A stretch of DNA of 51,139 nucleotides from Octopus bimaculoides (lineage: Eukaryota): contig NC_068981.1 in the NCBI RefSeq assembly GCF_001194135.2, positions 185,490,982-185,542,120 of the forward strand. The letters are read 5' to 3'. The translations under genes were made by a program, and so were the position numbers. Below the pieces are notes generated by a model that worked only from the letters and a program-made list of their open reading frames with translations, searched no databases and was not told where the DNA came from. Below, one piece after another: positions 24,067 to 36,639 of this stretch. Each line of letters begins with the position of its first letter. The first letter of the stretch is position 1.

Positions 24067-24313
24067 ATTCCTATCATAGTAGGTGCCTTAGGTATAATAA
24101 AAAAATATTCAGACAAATACATAACAAAAATAGCAGGACTTACAAATATATATAACATACAGAAAATTGCACTACTGGGTACTGCACACATTCTACGCAA
24201 AACACTTTCAATACAGTAAACATAAGAGCACCACAGCAAACCACAGCACATACCCAAGGCGCACAGAGCTGCGCTCGGTAGTGAAGTGAAAGCACGTTAT
24301 AAAAATAAAACTA

Positions 24314-24316
<3 letters not shown>
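24067..24316 (+). mobile_element. R4/Dong-like element, extreme 3' fragment, family 3
   Basis: IPIIVGALGIIKKYSDKYITKIAGLTNIYNIQKIALLGTAHILRKTLSIQ* (stop 24217-24219) plus a ~100-bp UTR. (AAT)n lies at 24042-24066 and 24317-24346. Confidence 0.85.
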
Positions 24317-24347
<31 letters not shown>

Positions 24348-24984
24348 TACACATATAGACATAAATGCATGCATGAGAATTCACTCACACATACCTATAC
24401 AAATAAGCATGTCTTATTTTAAGTCCTACTGGACGTTTCACTCCTTTTCTTATACACACTGCTTTATTATAACCTTCCTCCATTTAGTATGCTTTCTTCT
24501 ATACACACATACACAAAAAAATCACAACTACATAAAAATACGCACATTAAAATACGCACTCTTACTGTCAGTGACCTCGAAGTTTCACAAGTATCAGGCG
24601 AAGCAGTGGTGAAACTGCAATAAAATGATCGAATTCACTCATATATTGAATGGTATTTTTCACCAAATGTTCACTCTTTGAATAATTATAAATATATCAG
24701 ATATCTATCTATCTATCTATCTATCTATCTGCCTACCAAAGTTCTGTCTTCTCATATTTGTCATACTTACATGCATACATACATACATGCATGCATACAC
24801 ACATATATAGATATACACACACACGCGCATATAACATATATAGACACACACATATATACAGACACATTGACACACGCATATACGTATAAGTGTGTGTGTG
24901 TATATATGTATATGTATACATGTTTATAAGTATATATAACGTATATGCATATACACACACATTCATACACACATATGCATATAC

Positions 24985-25023
<39 letters not shown>

Positions 25024-25832
25024 TGCTGAAATAATAAAATAACAATTATTAAGCGCTACGTTTAATGCTTAGCATCAAAAACTTTATCGATCTCGCAATT
25101 ACACAAGTATGAAAGCGAGATATTTTCCTTCTCCTTTTTGTCCTTATACAAGGTTAGATGATTGAAAAATTGCTCTTTAATGTGATTAAGCTGTGAATAA
25201 CGTTTAGACATAAGAAAATTCTGCCCGAAGTGCATCATGCCAACGCGTATTACCTTGGCAATGGAAGAAGTAAATTTTCGATTGTTTTCTCGCTGTACTT
25301 ATTGGCCCTGAATTGTGACTAAATCTATAAACTATGAATATAGGAGAACATATATTGATATAGATGTAATACTCCCATTTCTACGAAGGAAGTTGAGGAA
25401 GATACGAATGCATTTCTATGTTTTCTCAACTACACATAACACCTAAAAGAATTAGGTAAACGTAGGATATATTCATCATTTAACAACGTATATTTGCTGG
25501 TGACCGACGCGTTATGTATGATTCGTCTTTCAATATATATTCCGTCATCTACTGTCCTGTGCTATGTGGGGACCAGCATGTCAAAGAATAGAACCAAGGC
25601 ATCTAGTGGGTGTCGTAAATGGCTACTAAAAAAAGGTTGAAGAAATGTTTGCACCTCGTAAGACCTTCACCAGCAAAGACTATTCAAACAGACCCCTATT
25701 TTGGAAGGTTGTTGCCTGAGTGGTGCAAAGTTATCATCCATGACGCGTAGGGAAACATTTTCAAATGGTGGATGCAGCGATACATTGTTATAGCGAATGA
25801 CTCCCCTCCCCCCATACGAGACTAGCTTCTAT

Positions 25833-26035
25833 GGCGGTGTGCTAAGAAGCTCGAAAGCATGTCGGACAAGATGCTTAGTGGTATTTCTTTCGCATCTTTA
25901 ATTTCTTAATTCAAATATCGACTAGTTAATCATCGCCTTTCATGCCTTCGGTGTTGATAAAGTAAAATACCAGGTAAAATACATGGGTCGATGTATTCGA
26001 TTTGCCCTCACCCCTCAAAATATCTGTCCTCGAAT
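25833..26035 (+). mobile_element. SINE S1, old degraded copy
   Basis: Collinear similarity to the S1 head and body (ATGCTTAGTGGTATTT, CCTTTCATGCCTTCGG, GGGTCGATGT). Confidence 0.6.
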
Positions 26036-26227
26036 CCTGCAATGGACCGGTGTCCAATACAGAGGTAATGTTGGGATATCGGCCATTTATACGCCATGGA
26101 AAACGAGTAGCCTTTTGAGTACTGCGGCACGAGGGGAATAAAACAACCTTCTAGTTTGTAGATTAATTCATTCATCCCTTTTCCGTTTCGAAAGGGATAG
26201 AAGGAAAATTTTACAATTCCTTATAAA

Positions 26228-26385
26228 GCAGCAGTGGCTGTGTGGTAAGAAGCTTGCTTCCCAACCACATGGTTCCAGGTTCAGTCCCACTGCGTGGCGC
26301 CGTGGGCAAGTGTCTTCTGCTATAGCCTCGGGTCGACCAATGTCTTGTGAGTGGATATGATAGACGGGAACTGAAAGAAGCCCGT

Positions 26386-26438
<53 letters not shown>

Positions 26439-26650
26439 GCATGTATGTATGTGTGTATGTATTTGTGTGTCTATGTTTGTCACCCCCACATCGCTTGACA
26501 ACCGATGTTGGTGTGTTTACGTCCCCGTAACCAGCGGTTCGGCAATAGATACCGATGGAATAAGTAAATAAGTACTAGGGGTCGGTTTGCTCGACTAAAG
26601 GAGGTGCTCCAACATGACCGCAGTCAAATGATTGAAACGAGTAAAAGAAT
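26228..26650 (+). mobile_element. SINE S2, near-complete
   Basis: Collinear with 9445-9838, with an expanded internal (TA)n(TATG)n. Confidence 0.9.
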
Positions 26651-26834
26651 AGAAGAAATTTGATTTCCACTTTATGCAACCCAGAATCTGTTGTAGAAGT
26701 GGATTGTTACACTAAATTTTTTAAATTTCTTCTTGAATAACATCTAAATGCTGCTGAATACATCTATTAACTATAAATGTGCCTTGGTGTTCATTTCTAT
26801 ATTTCATACCATATTCAGAATAGGTTATGGTATA

Positions 26835-27049
26835 AGGCAGCGAGCTGGCAGAAACGTTAGCACGCCGGGCGAAATGATGAGCAGTATTTCGTCTGTCTTA
26901 ATGTTCTGAGTTCAAATTCCGCTGAGGTCAACTTTGCCTTTCATCCTTTCGAGGTCGATAAATTAAGTACCAATTGCGTACTGGGGTCGATCTAATCGAC
27001 TGGCACCCTCCCCCAAATTTCGAGCCTTGTGCCTAGAGTAGAAAAGAAT
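26835..27049 (+). mobile_element. SINE S1 (tail a), full length with 18-bp TSD
   Basis: TSD AGAATAGGTTATGGTATA (26817-26834) and AGAATAGGCTATGGTATA (27045-27062). Confidence 0.93.
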
Positions 27050-27104
27050 AGGCTATGGTATATAATTTTGACTTGCATTGAGTAATTACGTGTATATCGG
27101 TGAA

Positions 27105-27290
27105 GGGGTTGAGAAACTTCCTTTGCAACCACGTGGATTCCTAGCTCAGTCCCTGTGCACAACACCTTCTCGAGTGTCTTCTATTAAAGTGCGGTAACTG
27201 TGTGGAAACCCGTCGTAAATATATATATATATTTGTGTGTGTGTGTGTATACTTATACATACATATATATATGCGTCTATTTGTCCACCC
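27105..27290 (+). mobile_element. SINE S2, degraded and internally deleted
   Basis: CAACCACGTGGATTCC, GTGTCTTCTA and AAACCCGTCGTA match S2. Confidence 0.6.
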
Positions 27291-27356
27291 CTCTGCTTCT
27301 TTCTCTCTCTATATATATAATATGTGTGGGTTTGTGATACATATTCACAGACATTT

Positions 27357-27415
<59 letters not shown>

Positions 27416-28159
27416 AGGCGATCAATAGATACAGATAGAAGAGGAATCGAGGACGGGCATTTAGGAGGAGGAAGAGCTCCAGTTTTCCGAAGAAGCTAGT
27501 ATATAGGGCAATAACAATGCTACCTTTTAACTGTTACTAATTCTCCTTTACTATATTTCACTCAATTGATGATAGTCAGGAAATGGCAGCAAGGCATGAC
27601 AAATAAATATCATGTCAAATGTATTAAAGTTCACCATTGATTTTGGGTGTATTTATGTGTGTGTTGTGTTTCTGCCTGCGTAGTTACATGTGTTCGTATG
27701 ATTCTAAACAATAGAAATCTACAGAATGCGTGTACTCCCCTGCTCAATTTATACCATCGACTGTAATAAATGATCTGCTGCCAAATTTCCAAACTGTTCT
27801 TAACGATAATAAATGTGAATTAAACTTATACAAATATATATTTCTTTCAAGCCAAGTTTCTGTATGATTTAACTATAATAGAGTTTTGTGTCTTAGGTTT
27901 AGCAACCTAGCTAGTTCGGCAGGATTGGTAGAGTGAGGTACACAATAATTTATTGTCTTTCGTCTTCTCATTTGTTTGAAGTGGGGATCATGCAGAAGGA
28001 GTTAAAATTTTTGTTTTCTTCTGTACGTAACACACTGGAATAAAAAGGAGATCTTTAAAACCCTTCCAGTAAAACGCGTGGAATTGACTGCATAAATCTA
28101 TAATGTAAACGCAAGCGCTCTACATGGTCGTTAAAGTAGAGTTTATTTTATTGAAACCA

Positions 28160-28245
28160 AAAATGAAGCTGATACTTATTCTATTGACCCTCGATTGATG
28201 AAACATAGATTTGACCGCTGCAGCATTTGAACACAGAAAGCAAAA
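28160..28245 (-). mobile_element. SINE S1 body remnant
   Basis: GATACTTATTCTATTGACCCTC...ATTTGAACACAGAA resembles the S1 body on the minus strand. Confidence 0.45.
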
Positions 28246-28814
28246 ACTCACTATTCTGTATTTATACTGCTTCCGTCGCTAGTAAAGTTTTTCCCAATCT
28301 GCGGTTATTTGCAACGATTTTTCTGTAGCTATGAAGAATAACCCCAATCGAAGACATTAGTATTTTCCAGTCGCGAGATGAAGGAAGTATCGGAATGAAA
28401 AGTATACATGTCTAAGAAATAGTAAATAAACAGTAAATAAAGTTATAGGTAAAGTCCAATACTAGTTCCATAAGTGAAGATTCGATGCTAATCCCTGGCA
28501 AAAGATAATGTAAATTACTAGTTTTACCTTTACTGTGGATTATCATGAAATCTTCACTTATGGAGCTGTTATTGGATTTTACCTATAATATTATTTACAG
28601 TTTATTTATTATTTCATAGACGTCTATACTTTTCATTCTGACACTTTCTTCATTTCTCGACGTACTGGAAAGTACTAAGATCTTCGATTGGGGATATTGC
28701 TTATTTCTTTATACCTTGACTTCTTTCCCCCTGATGACGGGATAGTTACCGTATGGAAAATCCTTACTACTGATGACGAGTAAGGAGACACAAATCTAGT
28801 CTTAGCAATATATA

Positions 28815-29275
28815 TTGAGCTGGATGGCGAACAAAACTGGGGAGCGTAGTGAAAGAGTTTGAAGAGGCCAGGATAACGCATGCAAGTCTCAAAAGAGATT
28901 TAAGGAAGAATGCTACGAACGAGATGGTAAATCACAATGCCCTTTTTGTGTGAAAAGCTTGTGACAAACCATGCCTTTCATTTGCTGGGCTGAAATCTCA
29001 AAAGCGAACCAACTACTCTGCCTGTATGTCTGTGCACACCTTTCAATGCTGTGTATGCCAGAAGGTCTGCAAATTTAACGGAGGCCTCAAAAGGCATTTA
29101 AATATCTACGAAGATCAGAACTTATCTGCAGCTCTTCGTGGTCCAAATCGGATGTGCAATTTATGTGGGTGTCTTTTCAGAACATTGTCTGGTTTAAAAA
29201 GCCACATCAGATGCCATGATGGTTCTTAGGAGGTGGTTAAATTCTGTATAAGGAGTAGACAACCACCGTATTGAC
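28815..29275 (+). mobile_element. RTE-like LINE 3' end with three C2H2 zinc fingers, decayed
   Basis: AGWRTKLGSVVKEFEEARITHASLKRDLRK (RTE-like post-RT segment), then *KACDKPCLSFAGLKSQKR, CCVCQKVCKFNGGLKRHLNIY and CNLCGCLFRTLSGLKSHIRCH, stop 29227-29229, short UTR. Confidence 0.72.
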
Positions 29276-29636
29276 TCGTGCTTCATATGTTGTCTGGTCA
29301 TTTCTGCTGACGATAGTCCGACCTTGTAAGATATAATCTTTATCTTACTAAAATTGACTTGAAACCATGGTACAGAATATAGATTGGTAAAAGTTTTTAT
29401 TTTTCATTTCCTTTCGAAATTATCCCAAATTTTTGTGGTATGTAGTCTTTTGCTGCTATTTCTAGCGAGTAGATGTCCTATTATAGGCATCTCTGCATTT
29501 TAAATGAAGTATNNNNNNNNNNNNNNNNNNNNNNNNNNNNNNNNNNNNNNNNNNNNNNNNNNNNNNNNNNNNNNNNNNNNNNNNNNNNNNNNNNNNNNNN
29601 NNNNNNNNNNNNNNNNNNNNNNNNNNNNNNNNNNNN

Positions 29637-29671
<35 letters not shown>

Positions 29672-30269
29672 GTGCATGTTTTCTTTTTCGCCTTTATATG
29701 ATTCGAACTTAGGACAAATGATCTAAAATTTTAATCAGAGTCTACATCTGTTTAAATTGACTGAATATCAAACCCAATACGTTCAACGCATACATGATTA
29801 CTCATTAGGTTAGAGAGAAAAACGGACAACGGTGGCAGCGTAAAAATCCCATGCTCAGCTTTCCATAAACATCTCTCACAAAACTTCGTCTCATCGCCTT
29901 CCTTGATATTTAGCTTAAAATCGATTTTGTATATTTCATCAGCGAAATTTGTATTCATTGACGCACAAAGATATTAATAACCATAAAAATATCAGGTCAC
30001 GTTTAAAAGCACAGGCCTATTTTAATTTCCATTCGAGATGATCGGTGTCATACGCGACAATGAAGACAGCAAATAATTGAAATAGAGCAAAATAATATCC
30101 GTTGTGAATTAGGATTGCTCTTCGACAGAAGTAACGGTGAGATATATCACACCTGTTGCACGCTACAACACTTCTGGTTATCATGGTATAAGAGTAAAGC
30201 TATGAGGCAGAAAATAACACAAATCCAAATAACATCCGGAGGTCAGTCTAAAATAAACGATTTTTATGC

Positions 30270-30318
30270 GTTATAATTATTATTATTACTATTATTATTA
30301 TTATTATTGTTATTATTA

Positions 30319-30359
<41 letters not shown>

Positions 30360-30386
30360 TGTTGGTTTGGTTGTTATTACTTTAAT

Positions 30387-30443
<57 letters not shown>

Positions 30444-30445
30444 CG
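30270..30445. repeat. (ATT)n/(ACT)n microsatellite
   Basis: Direct inspection. Confidence 0.97.
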
Positions 30446-30782
30446 TTATCATTATTAGGAAATTATGTCGGTCTATTCATTATAAGTTCCGATCAATGCA
30501 GCGAACACAGCACGTCAGGGCAACATATTTTAGAGGGAAAAGTTCCATTAGCAGAAGCAGCATTGAATAAAATACTAAACGATGGTCTTTGCGCATGCGA
30601 TTCCTTCTAATCCATAGATTAATAATATTTTTTCCTATAATATGAAGTGTTCTGGAATTAATTTTGCCTTCCTTGATTTGGTATGATGTTGTGATACTGT
30701 TTCGAATTCTATCTGCTCCCACTTGAGATTGCACGGCACATATTATATCATCTGATACACACACACACACACACATATATAT

Positions 30783-30823
<41 letters not shown>

Positions 30824-31449
30824 NNNNNNNNNNNNNNNNNNNNNNNNNNNNNNNNNNNNNNNNNNNNNNNNNNNNNNNNNNNNNNNNNNNNNNNNNNNNN
30901 NNNNNNNNNNNNNNNNNNNNNNNNNNNNNNNNNNNNNNNNNNNNNNNNNNNNNNNNNNNNNNNNNNNNNNNNNNNNNNNNNNNNNNNNNNNNNNNNNNNN
31001 NNNNNNNNNNNNNNNNNNNNNNNNNNNNNNNNNNNNNNNNNNNNNNNNNNNNNNNNNNNNNNNNNNNNNNNNNNNNNNNNNNNNNNNNNNNNNNNNNNNN
31101 NNNNNNNNNNNNNNNNNNNNNNNNNNNNNNNNNNNNNNNNNNNNNNNNNNNNNNNNNNNNNNNNNNNNNNNNNNNNNNNNNNNNNNNNNNNNNNNNNNNN
31201 NNNNNNNNNNNNNNNNNNNNNNNNNNNNNNNNNNNNNNNNNNNNNNNNNNNNNNNNNNNNNNNNNNNNNNNNNNNNNNNNNNNNNNNNNNNNNNNNNNNN
31301 NNNNNNNNNNNNNNNNNNNNNNNNNNNNNNNNNNNNNNNNNNNNNNNNNNNNNNNNNNNNNNNNNNNNNNNNNNNNNNNNNNNNNNNNNNNNNNNNNNNN
31401 NNNNNNNNNNNNNNNNNNNNNNNNNNNNNNNNNNNNNNNNNNNNNNNNN

Positions 31450-31529
<80 letters not shown>

Positions 31530-31553
31530 ATAGACAGACAGATAAATAAATAA

Positions 31554-31584
<31 letters not shown>

Positions 31585-33199
31585 CCGAAGCGGAGAGGAG
31601 TGAGAATGAAAAAGACAGACAGACGTAGTTTTCATTAAAGCTCTTTGCAAAGTAAAAATTTCTTTATTGCTTTCTCATACACGTATATATACATGCATAT
31701 ATACATACATGTACATATACATACATTCGTACACATACATATACATACATACATACGCAAACACACTCACATATATATATGAGTGCGTGTGTTTGTGTGT
31801 GAGGTTGTGTGCGTCTAATAAACTTCAAATTTTCGGCTTATCCACCTTGTGTCCTGACTAATAATAATAAGTATTCAAATAAAAAACTTTGTGCAGCCCT
31901 TCAGTTTAAAGTATTTTCACCGTGGACTAGAATGAGTTTAGACAGAAGATATACTCTTCGGCCCTCACGTGAACCAGCCCTAAAACTATGTCTACGAAAA
32001 GTAATTTGGATCGTTCCACGTTTGTCCTTGAATAATACAACTAATATATGTAAACTATTCCTGCATCTAACAGATTTAACATTTCTCCCAGAGCCATAGA
32101 TATATGAAACTCTTCAAACGATGTTTCATTAAAGTTTCCCGTATGTCCGGACCTGATATGAAAATGATTATTTCGCGGAAACCAATTTAGATGCCTGCTT
32201 CTGATTACAAATTCAGACATTTAGATGCTTGCCCATTAGACAAATACGCATGGGTTTCTCGTCGTCTACGAATCTTATAAAAATATAATATAATAAAATG
32301 TAATATAATATAATGAAATGATAGAATATTAAATGTCCATTTTGATAGAACTAGTACTTTCGTGCATTAAACTATGCAATCTTCAGGTTCATAGTTATGT
32401 TTTACAATTTACAATTGTAGTGAAATGGCTACAGTGTGTCCCTTAAATACATTTGTATAGGCTCCAGAATGTTAATTTTTGCAAACTGTATTCTGACCAG
32501 TCAGTGTGTGATTTTACTAAATTACTTAAGTTGATTGGAATTTGGTTTAGACGTCACGGTTTGTTCAACATGTCAAGACACAAACACAGACACACACATA
32601 CACACACAAATTAGATTTATATGTAGACTTCATTAACTTCGTCATACACGTGCCTTCAGGTAAAAAGCACTAAGCTTAAATATAATTTTTATAGCTAGAA
32701 AATCGTGATTGTAATTCTCGATCCATTATGGCAGTCTCTTGTTGTATTGTGAAACTATAAAGACAAAACAAAAATATGTTCATTCTTAATTCTTATTACA
32801 GTATACACACAGATAGACGGACGCACATACACAAGTATATACGTACAGACACATAAACTCGCAGGTACAGAGACAAACATGTAAGATATCATATACACTC
32901 TGATAGAGCCTACAGTGTGGTTTTGATAGATAATTGCCCAGAATAAACATATTTTATAAAATGAGCAATAAACAAAGAAAATAACATTTTATATCCCAAA
33001 ATCTTTCGGGGACAACTAGATTATTTCTCGACATGTAAATTATCTACTCTGTGTACACTCATTCGGTAATATGACGCATAGCAGCTCTTACACACAGCCA
33101 TTCTTTAATACACATAGTCTACATACGCACAAATACATATTTCATCTTTTACTTGTTTCAGTCCTAAGTTCGCGGTCAGGTTGGAGTAATACCTTTCAG

Positions 33200-33510
33200 A
33201 ATTTTAGTCGAATGGCTCGCTCCTAGTAATAATTTTTGTTGAATCACGGTACTTATTTTATTGATGTCTTTTGTTGACTGGTTAGATAACTGGGACACAC
33301 ACACACCAACACCGGTTGTGAAACTGTGTTGGGAGACTAACACAGACACACATGCACCAACGCATATATACATACATAAATACATATACATAAATACATA
33401 TACATGTATCAAGTCCACTCACAAGGCTTTATCTAGTCTGAAGCTATAGTGGAATTGAATCCGGAACCATGTGGTTGGGAATTTCTTACCACACAGCCAC
33501 AACTGCGTCC
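33200..33510 (-). mobile_element. SINE S2, degraded
   Basis: GGAACCATGTGGTTGG...TTACCACACAGCCAC is the reverse complement of the S2 head. An internal microsatellite and tail remnants are present. Confidence 0.7.
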
Positions 33511-33549
33511 AAACATATATTTGATATTGCAAATAAAGTTGGGTTTATA

Positions 33550-34772
33550 CAGAGGTTCGTAAAAATAGTGGAAACACCTTAAAATTTCAAACAAATTTAT
33601 TTTAATATGGGGTAGGACCGCCTTTGGCAATAATTACAGCTTGAATTCTACAATGTATGGACTCGAACAAAGTTTGAATTGTTTCAAAAGGAATTTTTGT
33701 CCATTCTTCAGCTAAAACAGTCTCGAGTTCTTGTAGTGATGATGGTGGAGGATACCACATCCTTACTTGTTTTTCTAAAATATACCATAAATGTTCAATA
33801 ATATTGAAATCTGGGGACTGTGGTGGCCAAATAAGATGTTTAACTTCACTAGAATGTTCCTAGTGTCATTCAGTAACAACTTTAGTTATGTGAATTGGTG
33901 CACTGTCATCCTGAAAGATTGCGTTTCCCTCTGGAAACAATTCCGCAAACTTAGGATGAAGTTGATCAGATAAAATGCTTGAATAGTTTTGACTATCAAT
34001 TCTGCCATGCAGGGAAACCATTGGGCCGGCGGATTTCCAAGATATAACCCCCCAGATCATCACAGATCCTCCTCCATGTTTAAAGGTTAGAAGGCAGTTG
34101 GGTCAAATGTTTCTTGTGGGTGTCTCCACACGTATGCTCGGCCGGTGGTCGGAAATAAGGTAAAGGATGACTCGTCTGGGAAAATAACATTTTCCACTGC
34201 TCTAGGGACCGATTCTGTAGGTTTTTATTCCACTCTAAAAGCTTTGCAACGTTTATCTTTGAAAGTAGTAGTTTTCTGATTGCAGCCCTCCCGTGAAATC
34301 CAGCTTTGTGCAACTCCCGGCGAAAAGTTTTTGTGGAAACTGGGTTCTCGAGGTGGTCATTAAGGTCTGCAATAATTTTGGGAGCTGTACTTTTGTGATC
34401 CCTTCTGAAAGTTTTGGTTTTCTTCTAGAGTTTTGTTTTTGACGAGGAGGTTTTTCCCTCTCTCTCAAAGGCTGTAATTATCTTCGAGACAGTACTTCTT
34501 GACACACCAAACATTTCGGCTGTTTTCGCGTGCCATACGTGCACTAACAATTTGACCTATTTGAAAGTCCGATAGATCTGTCATTTTAATGAATTTTAAT
34601 TACCCTTTTCTGAGGTTATCTGTAAAGAAAGAGCAATTTTAGCAAAACATATTAAGCAACACTAATAATAAATCAAAAACTTAAATATAAACAAGCTTTT
34701 CACGGTTTTATAGATATTTCAAAATTATGATGTTATAATGCTAGGTGTTTCCATTATTTTGTCCAACCTCTG
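33550..34772 (-). mobile_element. Tc1-like transposon with DD36E spacing, full length and decayed
   Basis: 30-bp TIRs: CAGAGGTTCGTAAAAATAGTGGAAACACCT versus CAGAGGTTGGACAAAATAATGGAAACACCT (26/30). TA lies at 33548-33549 and 34773-34774. Length is 1223 bp. Confidence 0.93.
33602..34584 (-). pseudogene. Tc1-family transposase pseudogene (DD36E)
   Basis: MTDLSDFQIGQIV, GFHGRAAIRK, IFPDESSF, KHGGGSVMIWG, IFQDDSAPIH, WPPQSPDFNIIEHLW, AKGGPTPY*. It has stops and frameshifts. Confidence 0.92.
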
Positions 34773-35154
34773 TATATTCTGTAGATGCTGAAAGTTACGT
34801 TTTTCAAACGTTCTTCGTTGTTATCATTTCTCTTTATTTACATAAACCAAAAAGGAAAGATATTGCTTTAACGCTACATTATTATGAAGGAGCTGGTACA
34901 TTCTGTTCAGAAAGATGTGGATTTCAGTTACATATGAAAAACTTCCAAAATACACCATACACTCATACACGCAAAATGGATCTTTAACTCCTTGACTGAG
35001 TCGTAGCGGGACCATCGTGAGATAAGGCATGCCTTGGGCATTTTAGATGTGTCCCTCACTCTCTAGATCTGGCCACAACCAATTTCCTCCGAAAGGGAGA
35101 AAAAGATTCAGAATTAAGGAATTAGAGGAAGAGAAGAATCTACCAAGATAGAGG

Positions 35155-35250
35155 ATTGACAGTTTATTTATCGACCCTAGTTGAATGACAGACATGGTTG
35201 ACTTCGGTGGGATTAGAACTCAGATCGCTGACAGTTGGAATGTTTACTGC
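35155..35250 (-). mobile_element. SINE S1 body remnant
   Basis: TTTATCGACCCTAG...GACTTCGGTGGGATTAGAACTCAG resembles the S1 body on the minus strand. Confidence 0.5.
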
Positions 35251-35310
35251 AAACCTATTTATCAGTTGTTATAACAACTGCCAATTGCCCGTCTATAAAC
35301 ACCTACCAAA

Positions 35311-35523
35311 ATTGATTTTGAATTTTGGCACAAGGACAAAAGTCAGAGTTAGTGTTAAGCCAATTACGTTGACCTCTAGTGTTCAACTGGTATTTATTTT
35401 ATCGACCTCAATAGGATGAATGACAAAGTCATTCTCAACAAAATGTGAACTCAGAACGTGAAAACAGTCAAAATGCCGCTTGGCAATTTGCCCGGCATGC
35501 TAGTGGTTCTGCCAGCTCTCCGC
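35311..35523 (-). mobile_element. SINE S1 (tail b), degraded
   Basis: Head end TTCTGCCAGCTCTCCGC and tail TTTGAATTTTGGCACAAGG. Confidence 0.75.
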
Positions 35524-36229
35524 ATAACACCTACCTATATTCATTAAAAGTTTAGATAGCTATACATCATTTCAAGATAAAGAAATCTATAATGTCCCTA
35601 CTTCTTGTAGGTTCCGAAAGACACAGAAAAGTTTTAACGATATTATTATTATTATTTATAATGTTTCTCGAATTAACTCATGTCGGACATCTACAAATCG
35701 ATTTTCTTTCACTTGTTTTGTTCATTTATTCAATACATTGACAAGTTTGTTTGAACAGACAGGAATGTAACTAAAAGCATTGCTCATAGGATTACTGTCT
35801 CTTTTCATTCGTCCGTTAAATGGCAGTTTATAGGCGTAAATCTTTCCAGTAATCATGTTTTCGTTTAACCAGGCCTTAGGCATTAAATTTTAACTTTAAT
35901 TGTACTGCTAATTGAACTGACCACAATGGATTGCAAGTAAGTGAAGAGGATAAAACACAAAAACACCTACGGCTAGAGGTGAACTTAGAAAAGTGACGCT
36001 ATATAATAAGTCAATCATTCAGCTTGACTGACGTGAGTAATAGACATTCCATGATGCGACTGACAGTCGCCATATTTCTTAGTGGAAAATATTATACTAC
36101 GCACCTATGAAATTTCGCTACTGAATTTAGCAGAAAATAAAAACATACATACATACATACATACAGACAGACAGACAAATGGAGACTTTGAACAACTACA
36201 CTGTATCAAGATTCAAAATGTGAAATCTT

Positions 36230-36610
36230 TACCCTGATGACGGGAAACTGTCTCATCTAACGTTATTTGCATCCATATGGACGCATATTGTGATGAAATA
36301 AATCTACCAACGTTATTATGAAACGCTTGGTTCTCGGAAACCGCCGTTGTACTTATAACACCTTTCATCCAGCCCTTTGATTTTCTCTGTCATTTGTATT
36401 CTGTGTAAATTGAACCTATCAATATAAATATCAATGTTTCCGCCTGTAGCTTTCTCTCGTTTTGCATGCACAGAACTTTGTCAGTGAACAGGTTGCGCTC
36501 TCAAAGCGACGAAAATATTTTGACAAATTAAATTAAAATGTTGAAGTGAATCTAACGGTTTTGTGTGTTATTTTAAATGGCTTATAAACACCTTCCACGC
36601 TGCAATTGTT
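36230..36610 (+). mobile_element. Possible Penelope-like terminal-repeat remnant
   Basis: CCCTGATGACGGGAAAC and ATGAAACG...CTCGGAAAC motifs. Recognition rests mainly on my recollection of octopus repeats. Confidence 0.3.
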
Positions 36611-36639
36611 TTTATATATATATATATATATACAGCCTT

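Noticed and set aside
25590-25760. Possible RTE 5' UTR or HDV-like ribozyme remnant (GTGGGTGTCGTAAATGGCTACTAA)
   Set aside because: The resemblance is from memory only; I could not build the nested double pseudoknot and no ORF follows.
28729-28802. Two CTGATGA motifs suggesting a hammerhead ribozyme or C/D snoRNA
   Set aside because: There is no GAAA directly after a stem II, stem I does not pair, and the box C to box D distance of about 40 nt is too short.
29026-29229. Host C2H2 zinc-finger gene
   Set aside because: There are no TGEKP-type linkers, the upstream peptide is RTE-like and there is an in-frame stop, so it is better explained as a LINE C-terminus.
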